64,000 bases of DNA, taken from a virus. The notes under the pieces were generated by a model. That model searched no databases. It was not told where the DNA came from and worked only from the letters and a program-made list of their open reading frames with translations. Positions 50,277-59,981 of this stretch are shown one piece after another (positions within the stretch are counted from its first letter, which is position 1; each line of letters begins with the position of its first letter). Where the stretch lies: IMG/VR virus record IMGVR_UViG_3300020020_000025. One strand, written 5' to 3'. Both the position numbers and the translations under genes were made by a program.

Positions 50277-52168
50277 TGGGTGGATATCTCCCAGAGCCCG
50301 ATGAATGGATGCAGCCTCAGCGCGAGCCTGAGGCCATACTACCGCAGCCACAGCAGCCTATCTCCAGGCAGCAGCAGGTAGCGGCAGCTTATCAACAGAG
50401 CCAACAGGAAATTCAGCAAGCTCAAAGTGTCGCTGCTACGCGTGAAGAGGACCTAAACGTAGCACAGTACATGACCAAGATGCTTGATCCTACGGTGCCT
50501 AAGGCGGCTCGTCAATTTCTGTTCCGTGAGTTGTCCACGAGGATGGGCGTCGATCCTAAGGGTGAGACCTCACAGAACTTTGGCAAGATGCTTCTAGGCC
50601 TCGAGCCTGAGGCCCTTGAACGGTTGAATAGGGGCTATGCCGACAGGATTAAGAATGCCACTCCGGGCCAGATTAAGCAGATGACCCAGGCCGTCCTTCA
50701 AGGCGATGTATCGGGCATCGAGTTGATGAAGATGGCTAATGTACGAGTTGCCCAAGCTGGAGGTGGTGGTACTCCAGGTGTAATCCCGGCACAACCGACG
50801 GCTCCTATCTCAGGCCCCCCTGGCGCACTTCCTCCCGCGCCAGGGACTACCCCTCCTGCGGCTGACCCTGCGGCGGCTGCAGGAGGGCCTCCCTCACCGT
50901 CAACGCGGCGGTATAAGGGCCAAGGTGAGACTATTCCGTTTCATCAACCTGTTGAGCCAGGCTTAGTTCGAGCCCTTGGTTATCAATTCGGCGACCCTGT
51001 AAGGGTAAGTGATCTAGCGAAAGAGGGTATTACTGTTCCTCAAACACCCAAGGAACAGAACGATCTAATGAAGGCTATGGATGCCAATGCGTCAGCCACA
51101 GTCACAGTAGTAAAAGATGCAACTAGGTTACATCAGTTATTTAAGGGAAAGCCTGAAGTTCTTGGTCTTGTTGGAGCAACTGCAAGGACTGTGGATCAAG
51201 CCATTGATCAAATGAAGGGTGTAATCCGCTCGGCAGGGGGTGATACATCCACCTTTGATCAGAATGATAAGGGATTTAGAGCCCTGATTGCACGTTCGGC
51301 TCAACGTGTATCAGATGTATACAAGAGTTCTGGAATTGAGCAGACTGCTGTTGACAGCGCAAGGCTGCAGGGAGCTGTTCTAGATATGGCCTATTCAATG
51401 GCCAATGCTAAGGGAATCCCAGATAACCGCCTGACTAATAGAATGATCGCTCAGGAACTCAATACACTGGGGCAATCCCAATCGGTTGCTCAATTTGAGG
51501 CAACTCTCAAGGAGGCGGTTGGCAGAGCACTTAGCAAATCTAGCAACGAAATAGCTGCTAGGGTTGGACGGCCTATGGACCCTAATCTAGGATTTGTCAA
51601 TACACAAGACCTCGTCTTTATGGGCCAGAGTGATATTGCTTCCCCTGAACTGAAGAAGACTATCTTAGAAGAATCTAAGCGGCGTCTGTCGGGAGCTGCT
51701 GGTAAACCTATCAAGCGAGCAGAGCCCACTGTAGAAAGTGAGCAGCTATATACATCAGAGGAGGAGCGCCGGGAATCAGAGCGCAAGAAATCTGAGGAAA
51801 AGCGCCAACAAGAGGAACACGTATTAAAGAAGCGCCGGGATGTAAGAGCTGAAGAAGAGGGCGAGCGAGCTGAGGCTCGTATGGCCCGTACTGAGTTCGA
51901 GCAGAATCGCCGCTTCAACCTCGCCGAGAAGCGTGAGAGGCGCATGGAGGAACAGCACCGGCGCGACAAGATAGGAGCAGCCTTCAAGGAACTAGGTAAG
52001 ATGATCGGAGAGGCTGGATCATCTGGTCGATCGATTGGAGCTGGAATTGGAGCTGGTGGAGGTGGAGGCGATCAGGATGCTGGAGCATTTAGGATGACCC
52101 CAGCTCCTCGTAGGGCGCCGCCTAAACCAGTGGACGCCGAGCGGTATCAACGAAAGCCAGGTAAGTAG
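50276..52168 (+). CDS. Repeat copy: ejection protein
   Basis: Identical to 3882-5774. Confidence 0.6.
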   Translation: MGGYLPEPDEWMQPQREPEAILPQPQQPISRQQQVAAAYQQSQQEIQQAQSVAATREEDLNVAQYMTKMLDPTVPKAARQFLFRELSTRMGVDPKGETSQNFGKMLLGLEPEALERLNRGYADRIKNATPGQIKQMTQAVLQGDVSGIELMKMANVRVAQAGGGGTPGVIPAQPTAPISGPPGALPPAPGTTPPAADPAAAAGGPPSPSTRRYKGQGETIPFHQPVEPGLVRALGYQFGDPVRVSDLAKEGITVPQTPKEQNDLMKAMDANASATVTVVKDATRLHQLFKGKPEVLGLVGATARTVDQAIDQMKGVIRSAGGDTSTFDQNDKGFRALIARSAQRVSDVYKSSGIEQTAVDSARLQGAVLDMAYSMANAKGIPDNRLTNRMIAQELNTLGQSQSVAQFEATLKEAVGRALSKSSNEIAARVGRPMDPNLGFVNTQDLVFMGQSDIASPELKKTILEESKRRLSGAAGKPIKRAEPTVESEQLYTSEEERRESERKKSEEKRQQEEHVLKKRRDVRAEEEGERAEARMARTEFEQNRRFNLAEKRERRMEEQHRRDKIGAAFKELGKMIGEAGSSGRSIGAGIGAGGGGGDQDAGAFRMTPAPRRAPPKPVDAERYQRKPGK

Positions 52169-54717
52169 TGGCAGATGATTTTGCCCTTGACGATATTGAG
52201 CCTCCAGGTACCACTGCGGAGGATGAGCTTAATCGCGTCCGCGAAGAAGCTATTCGCTTGGCAGCCAAAGCCGCTCAAGAATTAGCAGATGATCCTTCAG
52301 GTCCTCGCAGAAAACAGGCTGAGATCAGACCAACTCCTGAGAAGCGGGCAATTGTAGCTCCTTGGGGCATTCCTAAGGGCTCAACAGAACTCGAGCCGAT
52401 GGTCCCTGAGATACTGCATGATCCATGGAACTTGTTCAATGAGATGGTTGATCTATTCTCGAAGGGTCATCGCGCTAGCGATCGGGAAGTTGTCGAGCGT
52501 TCGACCAAGCTGGCCGCCAATCTAGTTGGTGGTGGCATGGTCATGGAGACTGCTCAGCAGGCAGCAAAGAAAGGAGTTGTAAAGGCTGTTCAGGAAGTTG
52601 GTCACGGAGATATAAAATCTGCTTACAACCCTTATGACTTATCAAACTGGCCTGAAAGCAGTATTCATACACTAGATCATGGTTTCCTTAAAGAGATATC
52701 TGACATGGGTATGGCAATCAAGCATAATGAGGACCAAACTTGGACCGTAATTGGAAAGGGAGCTAAGACTGGCAATCCTCAAAAGGCTGAAAAGCTAGAT
52801 TTTGACAATGAAGATGATTTGCTAGAACATCTAATTAAACTAAGGGAGGAGAAGGGCCAGGAGATGAAATCCTGGCACAAGGTACATAGCGAGCCCTATT
52901 TGCCTCCTAGCGAAGCTGTGAAGAAGGTAATGGACTCAGAATATGGCATTGGCATGTATGGACATGGTAAGGAGTGGCATGTCTGGGGTTGGGAACCTCA
53001 GCCCAACGAGAAATACGCTAAATACATAGCTAAAGAATTTACTAATAAAGATGAGGCTACCAAGTTCTATGAGGAGATAAAGAAGAGTACTGAGCTAGCC
53101 AATGCTGAGAAAAAATTCTCCCACGAAGCCAAGAGAGAGGTCGAGACCTTTGGCAAGATGCTTAAGACTGAAAAGAAAATCTTAGAGGATGATAAATTTG
53201 GTCAATTAGCTTCAATTGGAATAGATAAAGAAACTTATGACGGTGTAAAGGCACTTGGCCTTGATATAGCCGTTTATGAGAATGGCGAATTTAGCTTGGT
53301 TGGAAAAGGAGCGATAGATGGATCATCTGCTTGGCAGTCGATGGTATTTGATGATACTGCCAAGCTTATAGATCATCTGACCAATGTTCAGCACCTCAAA
53401 GATGGTCTTATAACTCAAGAAGAGCTTGTGAATAAGACTACAGGCGCTTCAGGAGGTCCCAGCCCTAAGGCCGTCTTTGGTTCTGGAGAGTTTGGTAAAA
53501 ATGTCTATGGTAAATCTGCAGACGCTCCAGCTAGCAGCTACCAGCCAAAAGCCCTCTGGAAGGATGATAGCGCTGTTGAAGTTTATGGAACTATGGAAGA
53601 AGCCATAGCTGCAGCTGGAAAGGGAGGTAAAGCTGATCCGCTAGCCCAGGGAGGTTATGCTGCTTACCAAGCGGATTATAAGGGATATGTCACAAAGGGC
53701 CAAGGTCCTGCCCCTGTAGCTCCAGTCGAGAAAAAGAAGATTTGGACCTATACTGAGATGGACGATAGATGGCCCTCCCTGGATAAGGTAATGCACGTTA
53801 CAGTTGATACAGGGAAGAAAAATCCTCATAGTATGACTCTTAAGGAACTACTTACCAAGATGGGTAAGCAGGGAGAGGAGATTGCTGACGTTATAGACAT
53901 GGCAGTCGGTGCTGGTATATCCAAGATCGAGGTGGGCGACATAAAGATGAATATAAATTTCTTTGAAAGCCACGATAAGCCGCTCCCTCCAGGGATCTCA
54001 TATCCTGGCTATATTAAGTCGGAGAAATTGCCAAGTGAAACGCAGATGCGTCTTTGGCCAAATGCCAAGGATATAGATACATTAGGAAATACGGACAAGC
54101 ATCCTGAAGGAGGACTCCTCGCTTATCATGGAACCAAAGTCGATAAGATATTCGAGAAAGGACAATTCGATCTAGCGCATTCTAATGATATAGGTCATCA
54201 CTTTGGAACAAAGGAACAAGCAGGATCAATAATTGTAGGCGACAATCTTTGGAGTGACTCACTACCAAGAAGGATCATTCCTGTTCACATAGCTGTGAAG
54301 AATCCTCTTACATTACCAGATATGGGTGGTTGGCGGCCCTGGGATTTCCCTAGAGAACTTGCTGAAGTATTACCAGGCTATACCGAGAAAATGGAAAATA
54401 ATCTATCTGCTAGATTAAATAAGGTCTCAGAGGTCTCAGAGGGAGATATAGGACGAAAGCAGTTTGATATCATTCGAGCGGAGATAGAGAAATTCGGCTA
54501 TGACTCTATTCGCTATCTCAACTCAGTAGAGGGAGAGGGATGGTCCTACATCGTATGGCAGAAAAATAGAGTTCGGTCGGCTTCTAATCCTGAGCATATA
54601 CTGTATGTCAGGACAGGACCAGGCGTACCGAACAGATATCAAGAGGAAGACGAGGATGGGCGGAATACCAATAGACGAGACCCTGATCTCTCAGCCGCAG
54701 CCCCAAGAAGTCCTTGA
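52168..54717 (+). CDS. Repeat copy: multidomain virion protein with ART-like domain
   Basis: Identical to 5774-8323. Confidence 0.6.
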   Translation: MADDFALDDIEPPGTTAEDELNRVREEAIRLAAKAAQELADDPSGPRRKQAEIRPTPEKRAIVAPWGIPKGSTELEPMVPEILHDPWNLFNEMVDLFSKGHRASDREVVERSTKLAANLVGGGMVMETAQQAAKKGVVKAVQEVGHGDIKSAYNPYDLSNWPESSIHTLDHGFLKEISDMGMAIKHNEDQTWTVIGKGAKTGNPQKAEKLDFDNEDDLLEHLIKLREEKGQEMKSWHKVHSEPYLPPSEAVKKVMDSEYGIGMYGHGKEWHVWGWEPQPNEKYAKYIAKEFTNKDEATKFYEEIKKSTELANAEKKFSHEAKREVETFGKMLKTEKKILEDDKFGQLASIGIDKETYDGVKALGLDIAVYENGEFSLVGKGAIDGSSAWQSMVFDDTAKLIDHLTNVQHLKDGLITQEELVNKTTGASGGPSPKAVFGSGEFGKNVYGKSADAPASSYQPKALWKDDSAVEVYGTMEEAIAAAGKGGKADPLAQGGYAAYQADYKGYVTKGQGPAPVAPVEKKKIWTYTEMDDRWPSLDKVMHVTVDTGKKNPHSMTLKELLTKMGKQGEEIADVIDMAVGAGISKIEVGDIKMNINFFESHDKPLPPGISYPGYIKSEKLPSETQMRLWPNAKDIDTLGNTDKHPEGGLLAYHGTKVDKIFEKGQFDLAHSNDIGHHFGTKEQAGSIIVGDNLWSDSLPRRIIPVHIAVKNPLTLPDMGGWRPWDFPRELAEVLPGYTEKMENNLSARLNKVSEVSEGDIGRKQFDIIRAEIEKFGYDSIRYLNSVEGEGWSYIVWQKNRVRSASNPEHILYVRTGPGVPNRYQEEDEDGRNTNRRDPDLSAAAPRSP

Positions 54718-56803
54718 AGGCGGTCTTGAGGAGAGTCAACATACCCTGACGGACGAGGAACGTCGCTCTCTTGAAGCCCTCGTTAAGCAGTTAGAGACTG
54801 ATCCTAGCGTGGCAGGTTCTGTTCCCGGAGCCCCTGGCCCAAGTGCAGGACAGGTACCTCTCCAGGCCGGCCGCGAGATGCAACCAGCTACTTCCTCTGA
54901 GCCGCTTGATCCCCTAGGTATTCGAGGGGCAGCTGGCAACATGCCAGTTGAGAACATGAGCCCTGGCCGTGCTGCGCTGGCGCGCGCAGTGCAAGGATGG
55001 GGAGAGAGTGGCTCCGCCACCATTGGAGCGGCTCAGCAAGTAGGCAAGGAGTTCGTAGAGGATTTCCCCAAGACCTGGCAAGAGTTTGTCGAGAAGACAC
55101 AGAAACCTGAGAACGTCCGTGCAATCCTCAAAGGCAGCATGGGAGCTGCCGGAGGAATGACTATGACCAGCCTAGGTCCTGGCGGCATCATGCTAGGAAC
55201 CTATGCAGGGGCCACAGTCGGAGGATATCTAGCCAACGCTTACGAGGACATCATAGGTCATACACGGACTACAGGCGGAGATGCTAACACTGTCCAACGC
55301 CTTATCCAACCTACACTCGATGCCCAGTGGGATGCTGCTGTATCAGGATCAGTGTCGGCCCTACCCTACGCTACACCCGTTATGAAGGGATGGCTAGCTA
55401 GGATGCTCAGTCTGCCTCCCAACTCTCGGCAATTGGTCGAAGAGGCATCATCTCTAGGAGTAAATATTGGCGTAGCTAATGTCGCTAATGGAGGCGTTGG
55501 CAAGGGTGCAGTCAATGTCTTCGGCAGGATGCCCCTAATCGGTACATCAGCCCGCAAGGCCTCTGAGCGCCAGGGTAAGGCTATTGTTGAGGCCTACAAT
55601 GATATGTTTGGCCAGCTCTCGAACCCAAACGCTACTACTGAGGTTGCAGAAACAGCCCTACTAGCTGCCAGGAATCGATTTGGTGAGTGGTCTACTAAGG
55701 CCATGGGACGCTATAATCACGCCTTAAAAGTTGGGGAAGAGCAAGGAGCAGTGCTCTCGACGGACAAGGTGTTGAAGGCCACTGGTCAGGCGCTGCATGA
55801 GATGAGCACCAAGACTGGAAAGCTGTTAGGCGTTCCTCCTGCAGATATGAAAGTGTTTCTAAATGGAGTTGTTAAGAACCTAGATGACAAGATGTCCACC
55901 ATGGACGCTAATAATATATTGATAGATTTGGAACGCCTTATGAGAAAGGCCGACAAATCGCACGGTGTTCATTATAGCAAGCTGGAGCAAGTTCAGAAGG
56001 CCCTTGAAGAAACTCTCAAGGGCTCGGACAATGTAGCAGCCAAGTTGCTAGTGAAAGCCCGATCAAACTTCCAGGAAGGCATTAAAGAGTTTGAGACTAG
56101 TATCTTCAAGAAGATGGTTGGGCAGGTTGATCGGAATATCTACGCCATCGGCAAGATCAAAAGCGGAACTATAACTGCCGATGATCTAATGGAAACTGCT
56201 GCAAAAACCCACTCCGCTAGCGCTGTCAGGGAGTTACGGAATGCAGCAGGGGACGACGTCGTTAGAAACGTCGCCAGGGCCCGCTTGGATGATGCCTGGG
56301 TCAAAGCTACGGGGATTGAGCCAGGCACTCTTTTTGTTGGCCAGAAACTGTCCTTTGATGCCAAGCGCTTCACCGAAGCTCTAGGCCTCAACAATCCTAA
56401 TTCTCAGAAATACTTCACTATGAAGGAGATGCTTCGGGGCAGTGGTGTTGATATTGGAGATATTGAAAAGCTGGCGCGAGTAGGACAGGCCGTGACTGCC
56501 GCGCCTATAGCCGACGCTTCGACATTCATGGCCCGCGCTGCCGTGCTGCGGGGGGCAGGCGGCGTTGCGGAGGCTGTACGAGGGGCGTTAACAATGGGAG
56601 CAGGTGGTAGGACTGCCCAGAACATTGGCATGGTGCCCGCTATTGCAGGCCTCGTGATGATGCGCTGGGGCATCGGTGCCATGATGAAGCCCGGTCTCGT
56701 CAAGTTGGCGACCACGGCTATGGATGAGGCTATAGAACCAGCTGCCAGGGCAGCCGCACTAACGCAGATGACACTCCTACATCCTAGCCTATTCAACGAG
56801 TAA
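54656..56803 (+). CDS. Repeat copy: large ejection protein
   Basis: Identical to 8262-10409. Confidence 0.6.
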   Translation: MGGIPIDETLISQPQPQEVLEGGLEESQHTLTDEERRSLEALVKQLETDPSVAGSVPGAPGPSAGQVPLQAGREMQPATSSEPLDPLGIRGAAGNMPVENMSPGRAALARAVQGWGESGSATIGAAQQVGKEFVEDFPKTWQEFVEKTQKPENVRAILKGSMGAAGGMTMTSLGPGGIMLGTYAGATVGGYLANAYEDIIGHTRTTGGDANTVQRLIQPTLDAQWDAAVSGSVSALPYATPVMKGWLARMLSLPPNSRQLVEEASSLGVNIGVANVANGGVGKGAVNVFGRMPLIGTSARKASERQGKAIVEAYNDMFGQLSNPNATTEVAETALLAARNRFGEWSTKAMGRYNHALKVGEEQGAVLSTDKVLKATGQALHEMSTKTGKLLGVPPADMKVFLNGVVKNLDDKMSTMDANNILIDLERLMRKADKSHGVHYSKLEQVQKALEETLKGSDNVAAKLLVKARSNFQEGIKEFETSIFKKMVGQVDRNIYAIGKIKSGTITADDLMETAAKTHSASAVRELRNAAGDDVVRNVARARLDDAWVKATGIEPGTLFVGQKLSFDAKRFTEALGLNNPNSQKYFTMKEMLRGSGVDIGDIEKLARVGQAVTAAPIADASTFMARAAVLRGAGGVAEAVRGALTMGAGGRTAQNIGMVPAIAGLVMMRWGIGAMMKPGLVKLATTAMDEAIEPAARAAALTQMTLLHPSLFNE

Positions 56804-56807
56804 TCCA

Positions 56808-58001
56808 ATGGTAATGCGTCGAGTTCAAGCTGGCACTATTCAACAGCGCAAACGAGAGGCGCTGCAGGAGTTCTATAAAAAGCAGGCCGATGATATAGAG
56901 GCATATAAGAAAAGTAGGGATTCCAGCACTCAGGCCGAGATATACAGGGAGCACGGTGATCCTGATTTCCGAGTTGGTAAGTGGAGCCAGCCGCGTCTAA
57001 AAGATGTGCTGCCCCAGCGGGAAGAAAAGGAAAACGTAGACAGGTATCCTCGATATGAAGGAGGTGTCCAAGGTATATCTTCCCGCTCCGATGATCTTCC
57101 TGACTTTAAGGGACCTCGTCCCGAGGGTTACTGGGGCAAAGATAAGTCATGGAGCCAACTAAGCGATCACCAGAAGGCCGCTGCAATGGCCTTGCTGGAG
57201 GCCGGTCTTGACAAGAATGGGAGACCCGATATCGTAGCTGCCAAGAACGCCCTGGGCGCTATGATTAACCGTGCAGACAAAGAGGGCCAGGAGCTAGGAC
57301 GCCATGTCAGCGGTAAGATATATCAGCCTACTATTGAGCCTGATCAGTATGCCCGGTTGCAGCATCTTACAAGACTGCCCGCCTTTCGAGACCTCACCGA
57401 CATCGCGGAGCAGCGTGCGACCGGCCAAGTAGAGGACTGGGTAGGCGGGGCTACCCATTTTCTAGCTCATCCAAAGGAGATGCTTGCCCTTGAGGCCAAG
57501 GATCCAGCGAAGTATAAGAACTGGGGGCCTCGAGGCAAGAACTGGACGGGCTATGATGAGGCTACAGGGAGATACAAGAATGAGGTCCTGTCGGACAGCA
57601 GCCACGTCTTCCTGGCTCCTGAGGGTAAGCATAGTGCTTTTGCTGGGCAGCCTTCTGCTTTTGACTATGGTACAACCGCCGAGCTATCCCAGCCAGATCG
57701 CCTCCAGGTTCCATTTCCTGAAGAGCAGCCCTCACCTGCTCCTGCGCCTCAAGTTCCCGAGCTGCCCAAGCTGTCCGAGTTTCTGGCTCAACAACAGAGA
57801 CAAATGCCCCAAGCCCAGCCCAACGATCTGATGGACATTCAATCTAAACCTATCAGTCTGCCAGGGCTTGGAGATGAGCTTCCTGGTCAGGATGATAGAG
57901 CGTTTGCCATTCTGCCTTCTCAGCAGCGTCGGAGGCCAGGCGGGGGCGCTCCGACGCTACCAGTGCCGCGTAGACCTCCGGGATTTCTTCCGGAGTTTTA
58001 A
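56808..58001 (+). CDS. Repeat copy: SleB-like virion hydrolase
   Basis: Identical to 10414-11607. Confidence 0.55.
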   Translation: MVMRRVQAGTIQQRKREALQEFYKKQADDIEAYKKSRDSSTQAEIYREHGDPDFRVGKWSQPRLKDVLPQREEKENVDRYPRYEGGVQGISSRSDDLPDFKGPRPEGYWGKDKSWSQLSDHQKAAAMALLEAGLDKNGRPDIVAAKNALGAMINRADKEGQELGRHVSGKIYQPTIEPDQYARLQHLTRLPAFRDLTDIAEQRATGQVEDWVGGATHFLAHPKEMLALEAKDPAKYKNWGPRGKNWTGYDEATGRYKNEVLSDSSHVFLAPEGKHSAFAGQPSAFDYGTTAELSQPDRLQVPFPEEQPSPAPAPQVPELPKLSEFLAQQQRQMPQAQPNDLMDIQSKPISLPGLGDELPGQDDRAFAILPSQQRRRPGGGAPTLPVPRRPPGFLPEF

Positions 58002-58821
58002 CGGAGTGCATGTCACCCCATGAGATGCCAACCTTGATATCCACGTTTAGGCGAAAGGTATGTCCACCGTAGTTAAGTTCGGGCCTCATATATTCTACCA
58101 TTTGGTGGCAGAAGTGAGTGAGGTCCCCCCAATTGTCAGTGGGATAGAGGGCCATAAGCGAGTCATGGACTTGCGCCCCAAGGTTCATTCGCTGGAAGGG
58201 CTCGGAGGTGTCCTCAAAAGCGGCACACATGGCCTCCAGAACTATGTCCACCACGGTAGATTGCGGTACGAAGGAGTAGGCCTTGTCGAACAAGTCCGAG
58301 CCCCATTCCCCAAGGAGTCTAACCTTGCGGCCGAAGCAGTTGGTAAGCGTGCGGTCGTTTTCCTTCATCGTTTGTCGAGTGGCTTCCCACCACTTTGGGA
58401 TGCCAGGATAGGCAACTTCAGTGTAAGCCGCTACAATAGGGGCCGCCTCACTCTCCATGATTTCCCACTCAAGAGCAGCTCGCCTATATTTCATGCCATA
58501 GTTGAGCCCGTGGTTAGACTTCTTGCCCGACTGACGAATGGACATCGATCGAGGAAGGAAGATTGCATCTTTCTCATGCAATTCAATCAGCTCGGGCAAC
58601 TTTTCCCTTCGCAGTTGAGCGATCAGGCCGGGGTCGGTGGCGTTTCCGAGTAGCTTGTGATCGGCTATTACTAGAGGCTCGGGAACGTCTGTGATGAGGG
58701 CCCCCGTCACTATGTGCGGACTCTTCCCGCTTTCCACCACTTCTATCATGTTCGGGTCGTTCGCTAGATAAGCTACCACTACCCACTCTGCCCCGGCCAG
58801 ATCGAACTCTACCAGTATCAT
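57853..58821 (-). CDS. polA: Repeat copy: PolA C-terminal half
   Basis: Identical to 11459-12427. Confidence 0.9.
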   Translation of the reverse strand: MILVEFDLAGAEWVVVAYLANDPNMIEVVESGKSPHIVTGALITDVPEPLVIADHKLLGNATDPGLIAQLRREKLPELIELHEKDAIFLPRSMSIRQSGKKSNHGLNYGMKYRRAALEWEIMESEAAPIVAAYTEVAYPGIPKWWEATRQTMKENDRTLTNCFGRKVRLLGEWGSDLFDKAYSFVPQSTVVDIVLEAMCAAFEDTSEPFQRMNLGAQVHDSLMALYPTDNWGDLTHFCHQMVEYMRPELNYGGHTFRLNVDIKVGISWGDMHSVKTPEEIPEVYAALVASERPRLASDAAEKAEWQTLYHPDQEAHLQALAD

Positions 58822-59080
58822 TACAGCCCCTTAGTCTATTGGCCACCAGTTTGGCATATCCCGCTATATCATCCCAGTTGTCAACGTGATCCTGACTGCC
58901 CGTGGTGATGCGAGATATCTTACTAGCTACCTGGTCCAGGCCCTCCTTCATGTCCTCCGACAGACAATGATATCCGGGAGTACTCCGAATGAGGAACTTG
59001 AGGCCCTGAGCTACAGTGGCATTATCGATAAAGGGGCCGTAGACTTGGCCCCTTTGCTCCAGCAGCTTATCGGTTTCCAT
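58583..59080 (-). CDS. Repeat copy: DUF6378-like protein
   Basis: Identical to 12189-12686. Confidence 0.6.
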   Translation of the reverse strand: METDKLLEQRGQVYGPFIDNATVAQGLKFLIRSTPGYHCLSEDMKEGLDQVASKISRITTGSQDHVDNWDDIAGYAKLVANRLRGCNDTGRVRSGRGRVGSGSLSSERPEHDRSGGKREESAHSDGGPHHRRSRASSNSRSQATRKRHRPRPDRSTAKGKVARAD

Positions 59081-59981
59081 TGGCGTTCTCCACGTCCAAC
59101 AGCATTTTTTCTACTGTCTCAGCGTCGAAGGTTCCCGAGGGCTCACCGATGGCTACCCGTTGATAAATCTCAAGAGCTACCAAAGTCTTAGGTCCAAGGT
59201 GACCGTCAACTACCAGGCCAGGCCGATGTCCCAGTAGATTAAGAGTAGCCTGGCCCCAGCGAACCCACTCGTAAGTCCCTGGCTTGACTGCTCCAATTAG
59301 CCCACCTACCCACTGATCTGCCAGTTCCTCATAGGTGCCTCTAAAGGAGTTGACATCGAGATTACTGTCATCCACTCCCTTAATTTTTGGGGCATCAGGT
59401 CCATGCTGGCCATCAGTGAACTGCCACAGCCAGTAACTGTCCCAGCTAGCCTGAGTATGAGGCTGAGGTCCGTACTGAGCGTGCCACAATCTGCATGTGC
59501 CAAGATACTGGTCAACTTGGTTGCCCAACTGATCCTTGATAAGATGGCCCGAGTATAGCACGGGCAGCCTACCAGTTTTGGCCTCGAGCAGCTTAATGAA
59601 TTGGATAGCATCAGCTGCACTGCATCGCTCGTCCTCATGATCGAGAGCCAGCAATGTACCAGGCTCAGGATCAGCATGTCTCAGGAAATGCTCGACTTGG
59701 GCCGTAATATCCCCTGGCCTGAAGAAATGATAGGCGCCCCACAACAGGCCTACACTCTTTGCTAGGCTTCGGCGGGATGCATACGTAGGATCGACGTAGC
59801 TAGAACCTTCAGTGGCCTTGTGGATAATGCCTCTAATACCGCTATAATATATGTCCTGAAAGGACGTTACTGTATTATGGTGGCTCAGATCGAGCACCAT
59901 CGGGTTAAGCTTCTCGCCCTTAGGCTGAGCAGGTTCTTTGGTCTTAGATTTGGTCGTGGGCATGTCTACTTTTCCTCTCAT
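59067..59981 (-). CDS. Repeat copy: GH25 endolysin
   Basis: Identical to 12673-13587. Confidence 0.88.
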   Translation of the reverse strand: MRGKVDMPTTKSKTKEPAQPKGEKLNPMVLDLSHHNTVTSFQDIYYSGIRGIIHKATEGSSYVDPTYASRRSLAKSVGLLWGAYHFFRPGDITAQVEHFLRHADPEPGTLLALDHEDERCSAADAIQFIKLLEAKTGRLPVLYSGHLIKDQLGNQVDQYLGTCRLWHAQYGPQPHTQASWDSYWLWQFTDGQHGPDAPKIKGVDDSNLDVNSFRGTYEELADQWVGGLIGAVKPGTYEWVRWGQATLNLLGHRPGLVVDGHLGPKTLVALEIYQRVAIGEPSGTFDAETVEKMLLDVENANGNR